From contig JANJTB010000002.1 of NCBI GenBank assembly GCA_024711295.1, positions 78,223 through 142,222 of the forward strand: 64,000 nucleotides of DNA, read 5' to 3'. The position numbers were made by a program, and so were the translations under genes. The first letter of the stretch is position 1. Each line of letters begins with the position of its first letter. Shown here piece after piece: positions 40,052-50,800 of this stretch. Source of the DNA: a bacterium (lineage in GTDB: Bacteria > Bacteroidota > Ignavibacteria > Kapaibacteriales > UBA2268). The notes below the pieces were generated by a model. That model was not told where the DNA came from. It ran no database searches and saw only the letters and a program-made list of their open reading frames with translations.

Positions 40052-40465
40052 ATGCCGCTTAAAATTAGTGATGACATTATATTACAAGAGAATGACCTTG
40101 AATTTGAGTATAGCAGATCATCAGGTCCGGGTGGTCAGAATGTAAATAAGGTAGAAACCGCAGTAAGACTACGTTTCGATATATCAAACAGTTCATTATC
40201 TGATGAAATTAAGTTTTTATTAACATCATCAAAAGACAAAAGGATAAATTCTGAGGGTATCCTAATAATTGAATCAAGAGAATCAAGAAGTCAATTGCAA
40301 AATAAACAAATCGCCTTCAGTAAATTAGTAGATTTGTTAAAAAAAATATCTCAGCCTAAAAAGAAAAGAATTAAGTCCTCTCCAAGTTTGGCATCAAAAC
40401 AAAGAAGGATTGAAGGTAAAAAACACAAGAGTGAAATTAAGCAACTAAGAAAAAAAGTCTTTTAA
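40052..40465 (+). CDS. arfB: alternative ribosome-rescue factor ArfB (peptidyl-tRNA hydrolase, YaeJ family)
   Basis: SSGPGGQNVNKVETAVRL contains the GGQ motif; basic C-terminal tail; 137 aa. Confidence 0.9.
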   Translation: MPLKISDDIILQENDLEFEYSRSSGPGGQNVNKVETAVRLRFDISNSSLSDEIKFLLTSSKDKRINSEGILIIESRESRSQLQNKQIAFSKLVDLLKKISQPKKKRIKSSPSLASKQRRIEGKKHKSEIKQLRKKVF

Positions 40466-40469
40466 TTGA

Positions 40470-41012
40470 TTACTCAATAATATCATATATTGGTCCATCA
40501 TGAGTAAGTGTGCTTGCAACTAAATTTATTGAGTATTTTACTTGTTTGCCAATGTAAAGATTTTTGTTGGTTTCAAAAATTTCCCGAAAATTCTCATTAT
40601 GGATTTTTATTCGAAGTAAAGATACATGAGGTAAAAATTTCTTCCTTTCTTTGGCAAAACCAAGATCAATCATTCTTTTTTCGATATCGAAAAAATGTTT
40701 ATTGGTACTTTTGTCAGGACTATAAATCCTTGCATAAAGAATATCAGGTTCATTTTTTCTAAGTAAACACCCAAGTCCATTAAATTTAAGAACTGAATCA
40801 TAATTCCCTGTTATTCCCTTTAGAGCATCCTTTACTTCATCTACTTTACCAATCTCAACATTTCCCAAAAATTTATAGGTAAAATGCAAATTGTTTAATT
40901 CAGTCCATTTTCCGGAACAGCTATCGCCAAATAAAGATTTAATATTATCAAAATGCCTACCGAAAATCCTTTGTTCTACAAATGTCGCAATAAATAATCT
41001 CTTTACTTCCAT
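40470..41012 (-). CDS. thpR: RNA 2',3'-cyclic phosphodiesterase (2H phosphoesterase, ThpR/LigT)
   Basis: Two H-x-T/S-x motifs, HFTYKFLG and HVSLLR; 180 aa. Confidence 0.8.
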   Translation of the reverse strand: MEVKRLFIATFVEQRIFGRHFDNIKSLFGDSCSGKWTELNNLHFTYKFLGNVEIGKVDEVKDALKGITGNYDSVLKFNGLGCLLRKNEPDILYARIYSPDKSTNKHFFDIEKRMIDLGFAKERKKFLPHVSLLRIKIHNENFREIFETNKNLYIGKQVKYSINLVASTLTHDGPIYDIIE

Positions 41013-41207
41013 ATGTCGGCTCTTATTTTACAATTCTTAACAAATCAAAAATACAAATTTAATGAAAATTTCATGTAAAAAAAATAATTTGTAGATATAT
41101 TTACAAATCTATAATACCTAAAATAAACAAAAAAAACTAAAAATCAAATCAATTTTGGTATTTTTGAATTAATTCTAGTATTATAAAATTTTTAAAGAGA
41201 AAAAAGT

Positions 41208-42542
41208 ATGGCTTACAACATAGGTGTAATTGGTACAGGGTATGTTGGTTTGGTAACCGGAACCTGTTTTGCAGCAACAGGCAACTATGTTCATTGCGTT
41301 GATATTGATGAATCAAAAGTAAGTAGATTAAAGCAGGGCGTTTGCCCTATATTCGAACCTGGATTAGATACTATGCTTGTAAATAACATTAAAGAGGATC
41401 GCCTTTTTTTCACTACAAAATTAGAAGATGCAGTATCCAAATGCAATATAATTTTTTTGTGCTTGCCTACACCACCGAATGAAGACGGTTCAGCTGATTT
41501 GCAACACGTAAAAAGAGTAGCTTCTGATATAGCAGAATTACTGAAGAATTCAGACCCAACTGCCGAGAAAATCATTGTAAATAAAAGCACAGTACCTGTC
41601 GGAACCTCTGTAATTGTCCAGAGCATATTCAACGATATATTACCCAAAAATAATATAACCGTTGTGTCAAACCCTGAATTTTTGAGGGAAGGTTTCGCAG
41701 TAGAAGATGCAATGAAACCTGATAGAATTGTTGTTGGAACTTCTAATGAACGAGCAGCATTAATAATGAAGGATTTATACAAACCATTTGTCAGAAGTGG
41801 TAATCCAATTTATATTATGGATGAAAAAAGTGCTGAAGTAACTAAATATGCCGCAAACGCATTCTTAGCAACAAAAATTTCCTTTATGAATGATTTATCT
41901 GCTTATTGCGAAAAAGTTGGAGCAGATATAGACAGCATCAGACTTGGAATTGGCTCTGATACAAGAATCGGCAAAAGATTTTTATTTGCTGGTGTCGGCT
42001 ATGGTGGTTCTTGCTTCCCAAAAGATGTTCGAGCAATAATGTATTCTGCTGATGAATATGGTACACCATTGCAGATTGTTAAAGCAGCATATGATGTTAA
42101 TAATAAACAAATAAATAGATTTGCCGATATTATTATCAAGAGATTTAATAATAACGTTAAGGATAAAAAATTTGCAATTTGGGGCCTTGCGTTCAAACCA
42201 AATACAGACGATACAAGAGAAGCTCCGGCATTTGATATAATTCGTAAGTTATTGAATGGTGGTGCCAAGGTTTCGGCTTACGACCCTGAAGCAATGGAAA
42301 ATACAAAATTGATTTTTGGTAACACTATTGATTATGCCCAAAACATGTATGACTGTATACATGAAGCAGATGCTCTGGTTATTGTAACAGAATGGACTGT
42401 ATTCAGAAATCCTGATTTTGAAAAAATTAATTCTTTGATTAATAACAGAATTATTTTTGACGGAAGAAACCTTTTTGTTCCTGATGAAATGGAGCAACTT
42501 GGATATGAATATTATAGCATTGGAAGAAAATTAATTAAATAA
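41208..42542 (+). CDS. ugd: UDP-glucose 6-dehydrogenase
   Basis: IGTGYVGLVTG Rossmann fold; catalytic Cys GGSCFPKD; 444 aa. Confidence 0.9.
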   Translation: MAYNIGVIGTGYVGLVTGTCFAATGNYVHCVDIDESKVSRLKQGVCPIFEPGLDTMLVNNIKEDRLFFTTKLEDAVSKCNIIFLCLPTPPNEDGSADLQHVKRVASDIAELLKNSDPTAEKIIVNKSTVPVGTSVIVQSIFNDILPKNNITVVSNPEFLREGFAVEDAMKPDRIVVGTSNERAALIMKDLYKPFVRSGNPIYIMDEKSAEVTKYAANAFLATKISFMNDLSAYCEKVGADIDSIRLGIGSDTRIGKRFLFAGVGYGGSCFPKDVRAIMYSADEYGTPLQIVKAAYDVNNKQINRFADIIIKRFNNNVKDKKFAIWGLAFKPNTDDTREAPAFDIIRKLLNGGAKVSAYDPEAMENTKLIFGNTIDYAQNMYDCIHEADALVIVTEWTVFRNPDFEKINSLINNRIIFDGRNLFVPDEMEQLGYEYYSIGRKLIK

Positions 42543-42838
42543 TTCTGAACAATATTATCAAAATTAAACAAAAATATTTGTTGATATATGGCCATTCAAT
42601 TTTTAGGATATTTTTAATCTAATTTAAAATTGATTGATTATTTTTAGAGACATTGAGCATTTACGAAATAGCATAAATATATGTATTCATTGCACTTAAA
42701 TTCGCTTTAAAATGAATAAGTCATAATAAATGATGAATTAAATTGCTTGTAAATTTTGATAATTGATTGAGTGGCACGTTTTTTAATAAACAAATATTAC
42801 TTTGCATATTTTGCATGGTTTTGGTAAAGGAATTATAT

Positions 42839-43414
42839 ATGTCAAGTGAAGAAAAAGATTTTGAATCAGGTACACAGAAAAAGAAGGGATTATCTTTTCC
42901 GATAATTATTGCTATTATAGCTGCAGGAGTGATAGTTCTTGTTGTGACTATCATTTTTGTCATAAGTATCATGATGAATAACATGAAACAATCAATAATT
43001 GAAGTTACAGGAAAAGGGACTACTGAACAAAAACAATCTTCGAAAGAAAAAGATTCTAATAAAGATAAAGATGATGACCTAAGTAAGTACGAGTATTTCG
43101 AGACCGGAAGAATTGTTACCAATCCTTTAAACAGCACTCAGTATGTAGTAGTCAATCTTGGGATTTTCTACTCAAAAATGAATGCAAAAGAAGAACAGGA
43201 ACCTGATAAAGAATTTTTGGAAAACCAGCTTAAGAGAATTAATGCTATTATAAAGCATCAGGTAAATTCTCATGTTGGTGACAGAGATATATCAGCAATT
43301 CAAATTCCAAGAGATTCACTTGTAATTAAGTTTAAAGACAAACTAATTCCATCTTTCAGAGCCGAAAAACTTAAGCTAAAAGATGTAATACTTGTTGAAT
43401 TTATTATTCAGTAA
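42839..43414 (+). CDS. fliL: flagellar basal-body-associated protein FliL
   Basis: N-terminal TM helix, then YFETGRIVTNPLNSTQYVVVNLGIFYS and C-terminal DVILVEFIIQ typical of FliL; ATG at 42839. Confidence 0.75.
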   Translation: MSSEEKDFESGTQKKKGLSFPIIIAIIAAGVIVLVVTIIFVISIMMNNMKQSIIEVTGKGTTEQKQSSKEKDSNKDKDDDLSKYEYFETGRIVTNPLNSTQYVVVNLGIFYSKMNAKEEQEPDKEFLENQLKRINAIIKHQVNSHVGDRDISAIQIPRDSLVIKFKDKLIPSFRAEKLKLKDVILVEFIIQ

Positions 43415-43427
43415 ACAATCAAAGATT

Positions 43428-44474
43428 ATGTCGGATATACTATCACAGAATGAGATTGACAGCCTACTATCAGAAATGAGCAGTGGGAGAGTTGACGTTG
43501 ATGATGTAGTAGCAGGTAAGATAAGACCAGGCAGAACTGATGTTGTTAATTACGATTTCAGACGTCCAAACCGTATATCAAAAAATCAAGTTCGTACTCT
43601 ACAGTCTATCCACGAGAATTTCTCTGAAGTGTTTAGTTATTATCTTGTTTCAAAGTTACAGACTTTGGTATCTTTCAGTGTTACATCTGTTGACCAATTA
43701 TTTTACTCCGAGTTTATACTATCTGTTTCAAATCCAAGTTGTATCTATGTATTTGATATTTTGGGAACCGATGGAAGCGGAATTTTAGAGATCAGTCCTG
43801 AGATGGCTCTGACTTTGGTTGACCTTTTGCTTGGCGGCAAAGGTGAAACAGTACCTAAGCCAAGAACCATTACCCCAATTGAGCAAGCTGTTATAAGAGG
43901 TATTATTGAACATGCATTATCTGATCTGAGAAATGCCTGGCGTTCGATTGCTGACTTAAACTTCAAATATTCAAGGTTAGAGGTCGAAGCCGATTTTGTT
44001 CAGATAGCACCATCATCAGAAATTGTTATTGTTATTTCATTTGATGTCAAGATCGGAAATTCCAGTAATAATTTTATGATGAACCTATGCTTCCCCACTT
44101 TTGCTTTAGAAGAGGTTTTGGCAAAGCTTAATCGTCAACAATTAACCACTTCAGCATTAAAGCAGTCAAAAAAAAGACTTTACGATAACATTAATATTAT
44201 CCAACAGCAAATGGCCATTACACATCTGCCATTAGTTGCTGAGTTGGGTAAAACTTCATTAACTGTTAAGGAATTGCTTGACTTAAACGTTGGCGATATT
44301 GTTAAATTAAATAATAAAGTAAACCAAGAGATTGAAGTTTTAATTGGTACTAAAAGGAAATTGGCTGCCCGCCCAGGCTCGATGAGTGGAAAGAAAGCAA
44401 TCAAAATAACCCGTCCCTTGCAGGATGAGGATTTAGTTGAAGAAGATTTAACTTTTAAAGAAAAGGAATTCTAA
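43428..44474 (+). CDS. fliM: flagellar motor switch protein FliM
   Basis: MSDILSQNEIDSLL is the canonical FliM N-terminus (CheY-P binding); middle CheC-like domain; C-terminal SpoA domain. Confidence 0.9.
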   Translation: MSDILSQNEIDSLLSEMSSGRVDVDDVVAGKIRPGRTDVVNYDFRRPNRISKNQVRTLQSIHENFSEVFSYYLVSKLQTLVSFSVTSVDQLFYSEFILSVSNPSCIYVFDILGTDGSGILEISPEMALTLVDLLLGGKGETVPKPRTITPIEQAVIRGIIEHALSDLRNAWRSIADLNFKYSRLEVEADFVQIAPSSEIVIVISFDVKIGNSSNNFMMNLCFPTFALEEVLAKLNRQQLTTSALKQSKKRLYDNINIIQQQMAITHLPLVAELGKTSLTVKELLDLNVGDIVKLNNKVNQEIEVLIGTKRKLAARPGSMSGKKAIKITRPLQDEDLVEEDLTFKEKEF

Positions 44475-44476
44475 AC

Positions 44477-44896
44477 ATGACAATGACACAGGATGAAATT
44501 GATGCTTTAATCAGTAGCGGTGATATTGATGAAAGTGAACTTAATGCTACTGATGATGCAAGTGAAAGTTCTGATTTCGGAGACTTCCCAAATCTGACAA
44601 ATGCGAGTGATGATAAACTTTTTTCACCACTCGACCCCAAATTAGAACTTCTTTACGATTTACAGCTCCCTGTTTCAATAGAATTAGGTCGCACGAATAT
44701 GTTGATAAGAGACATTCTCAGACTGGGCAGAGGCTCGGTAATTGAATTCGACAAACTTGTCAGCGAGCCAGTAGATGTATTGATAAACGGCAAGAAAGTC
44801 GCAGAAGGTGAAGTTGTAGTTGTTGATAAGCATTTTGGTATAAGAATCACTACTCTGATAGACCCTGCCGATAGATTACGTACATTAAGAAAATAA
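44477..44896 (+). CDS. fliN: flagellar motor switch protein FliN
   Basis: SpoA domain: LPVSIELGRTNMLIRDILRLGRGSVIEFDKLVSEPVDVLINGKKVAEGEVVVVDKHFGIRITTLI. Confidence 0.9.
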   Translation: MTMTQDEIDALISSGDIDESELNATDDASESSDFGDFPNLTNASDDKLFSPLDPKLELLYDLQLPVSIELGRTNMLIRDILRLGRGSVIEFDKLVSEPVDVLINGKKVAEGEVVVVDKHFGIRITTLIDPADRLRTLRK

Positions 44897-44927
44897 AATA
44901 TTTAGTTTATTTAAGGACTTATTGACC

Positions 44928-45305
44928 ATGGATGGTTATATTTTAAATGCTTTTTTTACATTGGCTGTAGTAGTGGCTGCATTCGGAGCACTACTCTTTA
45001 TTTTGAAGAAAACTCAATTAAGCAAAAAAAGCAAAGATTCGGACATTGAGATGAAAATAATATCTAAAATGGCACTGAATCAAAAAAATCAATTATACAT
45101 TGTACAAATTGCAGATAAAAAATTATTATTGGGTGTATCAGACTCCGGTATCAGAAATCTATCACAATTATCTTTTGCAAATAATACTGATATCCCTCAA
45201 AACGTTAGCACCTTATCCACTTCAAAAAATGTTAATGATTATGAAGATGATAGTTTATCCTTTAAATCATTCGTAAAATCAACATTTAAAATTAGAGCAA
45301 ATTAA
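44928..45305 (+). CDS. fliO: flagellar biosynthesis protein FliO-like
   Basis: Single N-terminal TM helix followed by ...LYIVQIADKKLLLGVSDSGIRNL (FliO pattern); its position after fliN is conserved. Confidence 0.55.
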   Translation: MDGYILNAFFTLAVVVAAFGALLFILKKTQLSKKSKDSDIEMKIISKMALNQKNQLYIVQIADKKLLLGVSDSGIRNLSQLSFANNTDIPQNVSTLSTSKNVNDYEDDSLSFKSFVKSTFKIRAN

Positions 45306-45434
45306 TTTATTTATCATACTGTAATATACTAATTATGTATATATGTATGATTGTTGATTAAAAAAATTTTATTATTTCAAAAAAAAGTCATAATTTTACA
45401 TTAATGATAATAACATTTATTGGAAAAAAGTATA

Positions 45435-46889
45435 ATGAGAAGTGTTATAAAGAATATAATCATAATAATTGCAATAAGTTGCTGCAATTTTGTTTATGCT
45501 CAGGATAACTCTGTATGTTACGACTGTCATGACGATCCTTCAATTACCTTAGAAAGAAACGGCATTACAGTACCACTTACAGTAAAAAGATTTACATTGC
45601 CACGGTCAGTTCATGGCAAGTTAAAATGTGTGGATTGCCATGAAGATTTCGATCCATTCGAAATACCACATAAGGCAAAAATGACAAAAGTCAACTGTAT
45701 GTCTTGTCACCAAAATCCTGTAGAAATCCATAAATTTCACCCTCAGATGTTGGGAGCAACCGGTACTGGCGGTAGTGCAGACATCAATTGTAAAGGATGT
45801 CATGGAACTCATGAAGTTGTGAGCAAGAAATCTCCTAACTCAGAATTCCACTTTACAAAATCAACAGAGTTTTGTGGTAGATGCCATCCCAAAATCATGC
45901 AGGAACATCTAATATCAGAGCATTTTGTTGAGGTATCTCACGAAAATCCTAATGCTCCTACTTGTATTTATTGCCATTCAAAGCCAATTACTAAAAGACA
46001 TTTGCTCGATAAAGTTCAATTAAAATTGAATCAGGAAAAGCTTTGTTTGGATTGTCACCTTAAGCACCCTGATAATAAAAGTAAATTTGCAAAAACCTTA
46101 GTTGATTATTCAAAAAGTGTTCACGGTATAGCGATTACACGAGGTAACGCAAACGCCGCAGTTTGTGTTGACTGTCATGGTGCACACAGGCTCGAAAAAG
46201 CATCTGTTCCAACATCAAGTATTCACAAAAATAACGTTCATAACGTTTGTGGCAAATGTCATACAGACATTACAGGTGAATATATGAAAAGTATTCACGG
46301 ACAAGGAGTAATGAAGGGATTCAAGGACTCCCCTACCTGTACTTTTTGTCATGGTGAACATAATATTTTGGCTGTTCCGGACGTACCTGAAGAAGCTTTT
46401 AAGATTTCAGGAATGAAGTTTAATGTAGTGATAAACAACAAAATGGTATTTTGCGTTACTTGCCATTCTGATAAAGAAATGATGAAGAGATATGATTTGA
46501 CTACTATCGAAGAGTCTCACAAATGGATGCCAAATCAAGTGAAACACTGGGAGACTGTTAGATGTGTTGATTGCCATTCATCACACGAGCACCCCAGTCT
46601 AAATCATAATATCTTACCACGTTCCGAAACTGTCAAGCAATGCGAAGAATGCCACTCACAAAACTCAAAACTTATGTCGAAACTTTATGTGCACGAAAAA
46701 CAACAATCAAGAATGAAATATGGCTTTGTAAACGGTACTCTTCTTAGTGATGCTTATGTTATCGGAACTACAAGAAATGTTTACCTTGATACATTAAGCA
46801 TAATCATTTTTGGTATGACCTTTTTTGGAATCGGAGTTCACGGATTTTTGAGATGGAGAGCAAAGAAAAATAGAGGTAAACAAGCATGA
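45435..46889 (+). CDS. membrane-anchored multiheme cytochrome c (13 CxxCH motifs, C-terminal TM helix)
   Basis: Signal peptide. 13 CxxCH motifs counted in the translation (CYDCH, CVDCH, CMSCH, CKGCH, CGRCH, CIYCH, CLDCH, CVDCH, CGKCH, CTFCH, CVTCH, CVDCH, CEECH). C-terminal hydrophobic helix, then a basic tail. The track ORF start at 45420 is TTG; ATG at 45435. Confidence 0.85.
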   Translation: MRSVIKNIIIIIAISCCNFVYAQDNSVCYDCHDDPSITLERNGITVPLTVKRFTLPRSVHGKLKCVDCHEDFDPFEIPHKAKMTKVNCMSCHQNPVEIHKFHPQMLGATGTGGSADINCKGCHGTHEVVSKKSPNSEFHFTKSTEFCGRCHPKIMQEHLISEHFVEVSHENPNAPTCIYCHSKPITKRHLLDKVQLKLNQEKLCLDCHLKHPDNKSKFAKTLVDYSKSVHGIAITRGNANAAVCVDCHGAHRLEKASVPTSSIHKNNVHNVCGKCHTDITGEYMKSIHGQGVMKGFKDSPTCTFCHGEHNILAVPDVPEEAFKISGMKFNVVINNKMVFCVTCHSDKEMMKRYDLTTIEESHKWMPNQVKHWETVRCVDCHSSHEHPSLNHNILPRSETVKQCEECHSQNSKLMSKLYVHEKQQSRMKYGFVNGTLLSDAYVIGTTRNVYLDTLSIIIFGMTFFGIGVHGFLRWRAKKNRGKQA

Positions 46890-47647
46890 AAAAAGTAATG
46901 TTATATCCATTATGGTTAAGAATTTGGCACTGGTCGAATGCTATTTTGTTTTTAGTTCTGATTTTATCAGGTATAAGTATGCATTACTCAGCAACCAACG
47001 AACTATTCTTATCTTTTGATGTTGCAATGTACACTCACAATATAGCAGGAATATTACTAAGTTTATTCTTTGGTATTTATTTAATAATGAATATTGTTTC
47101 GGGCAATTACAAACACTACATACCTCAGATTCAAGGGATAGTTGACAGAATGATTAAGCAAAGCATATACTATGTATATGGTGTATTCAAAGGTCATGAC
47201 CATCCATTTCATACATCTGAAAAATTAAAGTTTAATCCACTTCAACAGCTTACTTATTTTGCAATCATGTTTTTTTTGTTGCCTGTTATTTTGATTTCGG
47301 GTTGGCTTCTGATGTTTCCAGAATTGGCACCTGAGAATGTCCTCGGCATGGGTGGAGTTTGGCCAATGGCTATTTTGCATATAGTTGTTGGTTTTTTCTT
47401 AAGCCTTTTTATGTTTGGACATATTTATTTAGCAACTCACGGTGAAACACCTACTGCCAATTTTAAATCAATGATTGATGGCTATCATGAAATTCACGAG
47501 CACCATTCTCCAAGCTTGGTTATCAATGCCGGTAATATAGATGAATATGGTGATGATTCCAAAAAAATTGATTTGCATGATGACTATGAAGTACATAAGG
47601 AAGGCGACGCTGATTATAACCCCGAAACTAAAGTGATCAAGAAGTAA
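46886..47647 (+). CDS. di-heme b-type cytochrome (Ni/Fe-hydrogenase/formate dehydrogenase cytochrome-b subunit family, PF01292-like)
   Basis: LRIWHWSNA start motif, four to five TM helices with conserved His (H at HW, MHY, THN, HIV, HIY); ATGA start/stop overlap with the cytochrome c gene. Confidence 0.8.
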   Translation: MKKVMLYPLWLRIWHWSNAILFLVLILSGISMHYSATNELFLSFDVAMYTHNIAGILLSLFFGIYLIMNIVSGNYKHYIPQIQGIVDRMIKQSIYYVYGVFKGHDHPFHTSEKLKFNPLQQLTYFAIMFFLLPVILISGWLLMFPELAPENVLGMGGVWPMAILHIVVGFFLSLFMFGHIYLATHGETPTANFKSMIDGYHEIHEHHSPSLVINAGNIDEYGDDSKKIDLHDDYEVHKEGDADYNPETKVIKK

Positions 47648-47675
47648 TCCCCGATTTTCAAATTTATGTTTACAA

Positions 47676-47716
47676 AAAAAAGAGGTTAAGTTAATTCAAC
47701 TTAACCTCTTTTAGTA
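47676..47716 (+). terminator. terminator after the cytochrome b gene
   Basis: AGAGGTTAAGTT-aattc-AACTTAACCTCT 12-bp stem followed by TTTTAG. Confidence 0.6.
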
Positions 47717-47840
47717 GTAGTAACTTTTTAATTACTTAATTTAAAAAAAAGTTTAATCAATATTATTATATAATCATTACTTTTGTGATTATATATTTGA
47801 ATTTTTTATTTTTCTTATTATTTAGCATAGTGTTGAATTT

Positions 47841-50800
47841 ATGTCATCAATAAATAATGACTTAATTTATGGACTCTTTAGCCTGGTTACTGATTACTGT
47901 TTTCTTCTGGATATTGATGGAAATATCATTGATGTAAATCAAGTAGTCTTGGATAATTTAAATTACACTAAAGATGATATATTAAAACTTAATGTTTATG
48001 ACATTCACCCCAAAAGTAGGAGAAAAGAAGCTAAGGAAATAATACAGAAAATTATTGCCGGTATGGCTTCAGAATGCAATATACCGCTAAAATCAAACAA
48101 TGGCAACCTTATCCCTGTTTTTACAAAAGTAAAGATAATCGAAATTGATAAACTGAATTATATCTTAGGAATTTCAAAAGACCTTACAAAAGAGATAGAT
48201 TCGATTACAAAATTTGAAATTGCTTTCGACGAATCACCTCAACCTATGGCTATTACAGATCTTGATTCTGGTACATATTTATTCATAAATCAAGCATTCG
48301 AAAATTTATTTGAATATACTAAACAAGAAGTCATTGGACATACATCTTCAGAAATATTACCATCTATAACTCCTCAAATAAGAAGACAGATGCTTGCCGA
48401 CCTTCTTATTAGCGGTAAAGCAGAAAATGTAAAATTTAAACTAAACACCAAGACAGGAAAGTCACTCATAGGTTTTCTCTCCGGAAAAATATTCGAATCA
48501 AATGGCAGAAAATTCTTATTGAGTTCATTTCAGGATATTACATTAAATGACAACCTGATAAATGAATTGCAAAGCGCCAAGGAGAGATGGAACTATGCAT
48601 TGGAAAGCTCAGATCTTGGTGTATGGGATTGGAATTTAATCACCAATGAAGTATTTTTCTCAAAGAAATGGAAGTCTATGCTGGGGTTTGAATACGATGA
48701 AATTTCGAATTCACTCTCTACATGGGAAGAACTAACACATCCGGAAGATTTATCATATTGCTACAATGAAATTTCCAAGCATTTGAGAGGAGAAATTGAG
48801 CAATACCAGAGTACTCATAGAATTAAGAATAAATCCGGTGATTACATTTGGATACTTGATACCGGTAAAGTTGTAGAATTAGATAATCTGGGTAATCCTT
48901 CAAGGTTTGTTGGAACTCACAGAGATATTTCAGAAATCAAGGCTAAAGAGAAAGCACTATCAGAGCAGCACGATTGGAATAGGACGATTTTTGAATCAGC
49001 TAAAGCAGGCATTGTAATAATTGACACAAATACTTTTGAGGTGGTTGATGTTAATCAAACCGCTTGCGACATTCTCAAATTTAAACAATCCGAATTAATA
49101 GGCAAAAAATGCGGCGATTTTTTCTGCCTCGGCCAAAATTGTTGTGAATACAAAACTCCCGATTTTCCAATCCTTAATAAAGAAAAAGTGACACATGATT
49201 CAGAAGGTAAAGAACTTACTATTATTAAATCTGTAATACAAAAACAACTAAATAATAAACTCTACAATATCGAAAGTTTTGTTGATATTACAGACTTGAA
49301 GAGCAAAGAAAAAGAAATTGTAGAGAGTCAAAGACAGCTCGATTTATTCTTTAATCAGTCTTTGGCAGGATTCTTTTTCATGAAAACTGAAAAAGCAGTA
49401 GAGTGGAACAACAAAGTTGATAAGAATGCAACCTTAGATTATATTTTTAATAATCAAAAAGTTACTAAAGTTAATCAATCAATGATTAGTCAATATAATG
49501 CTAAAGAAGAGCAGATGATTGGTCTAACACCTCGATATTTCTTTTCTGATAATATTGAATATGGTAAACAAATTTATAAAACACTTTTTGATTCCGGGAA
49601 AATTCATCTAAATACTACACAGAAAAAACTTGATGGTACAGAGGTGATAATTGAAGCGGATTATACATGTTTATATGATATAAATGGACGCATTATCGGT
49701 ATGTTCGGAATCCAGCAAGATGTAACAAAAAAGCAACTTTTTGAACGTTTAGTCAAAGAAAAAACTGCTGAATTGGAAAAATATTTCGATATAAGCATGG
49801 ATTTGATAATTATATCTGATATGGAAGGAAGGTTCAAGCGATTTAACAATCGATGGGTTGAATTACTTGGGATTAGTCCTGAGGAATTGAAAGATTACAG
49901 ATTTCTTGATTTTGTGCATCCCGAGGATATAGAAGAAACAATTCAAATAATGAAATCCCTTAGCATGAACAAACCTATAACCGGTTTTGTGAATCGTTAC
50001 AGAAATAAATTAAACGAATATGTATATATAGAGTGGAATTCAGTTTATCAAAACAGAGTTATATATGGTGCAGGTAGAGATATTACTCAGATGATTGAAG
50101 ATAAAAAAGAAATCATCAAGTTACTTGACCAATCAAGAGAAACAAATGAAGCTATCGAGACTATGCTTTATCAAAAAAATGTTCTCATTGAAGAATTAGA
50201 ATCCATAAAAGAAAAATTGACTGAGGCTATAAACCAGAAAGATAAGTTCGTTTCAATTATGGCTCACGACCTTAGGTCACCCTTAAATGGTTTTATCGGT
50301 CTCACAAGATTAATGGCTGAAGATATTGATTCCTTTTCAAAAGAAGAAATTCAGGAAATAGCAGAAAAACTCAATCTAAGCTCTAATCATTTATCTGATT
50401 TATTAGAAAATCTGTTAAGTTGGTCAATGACTCAAAGAGGTCTTATTGAATTTAATCCTATTGAATTTGATTTGATAAAAATTATTTCAAAAGTTATTGC
50501 TACTATTAAGTTAAGCGCTGAGCAAAAAGGTATCACACTATTTTTTGACCAACACATAGACTCAATTTTTGTTACTGCTGACATTAACATGGTTCAAACA
50601 ATATTAAGAAACTTGATTTCGAATGCAATTAAATTTTCTAATGCGGACAGTACTATAATTATTGAAGTCAGAGAAAGTGAAAAAGATTACATTATTAAGG
50701 TCAAGGACAGTGGAATCGGTATGAGTCCTGAACTTCTTGCAAAACTGTTTAAAATGGATGAGAAAACAACCCGCACCGGTACAGCTGATGAAAAGAGTAC

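Noticed and set aside
42543-42838. Sigma-54-type promoter upstream of fliL (TGGCACG at about 42770)
   Set aside because: A TGGCAC -24-like element is present, but no GC/TTGC -12 element lies at the required 10-nt spacing. The nearest TTGCAT motifs are too far downstream.
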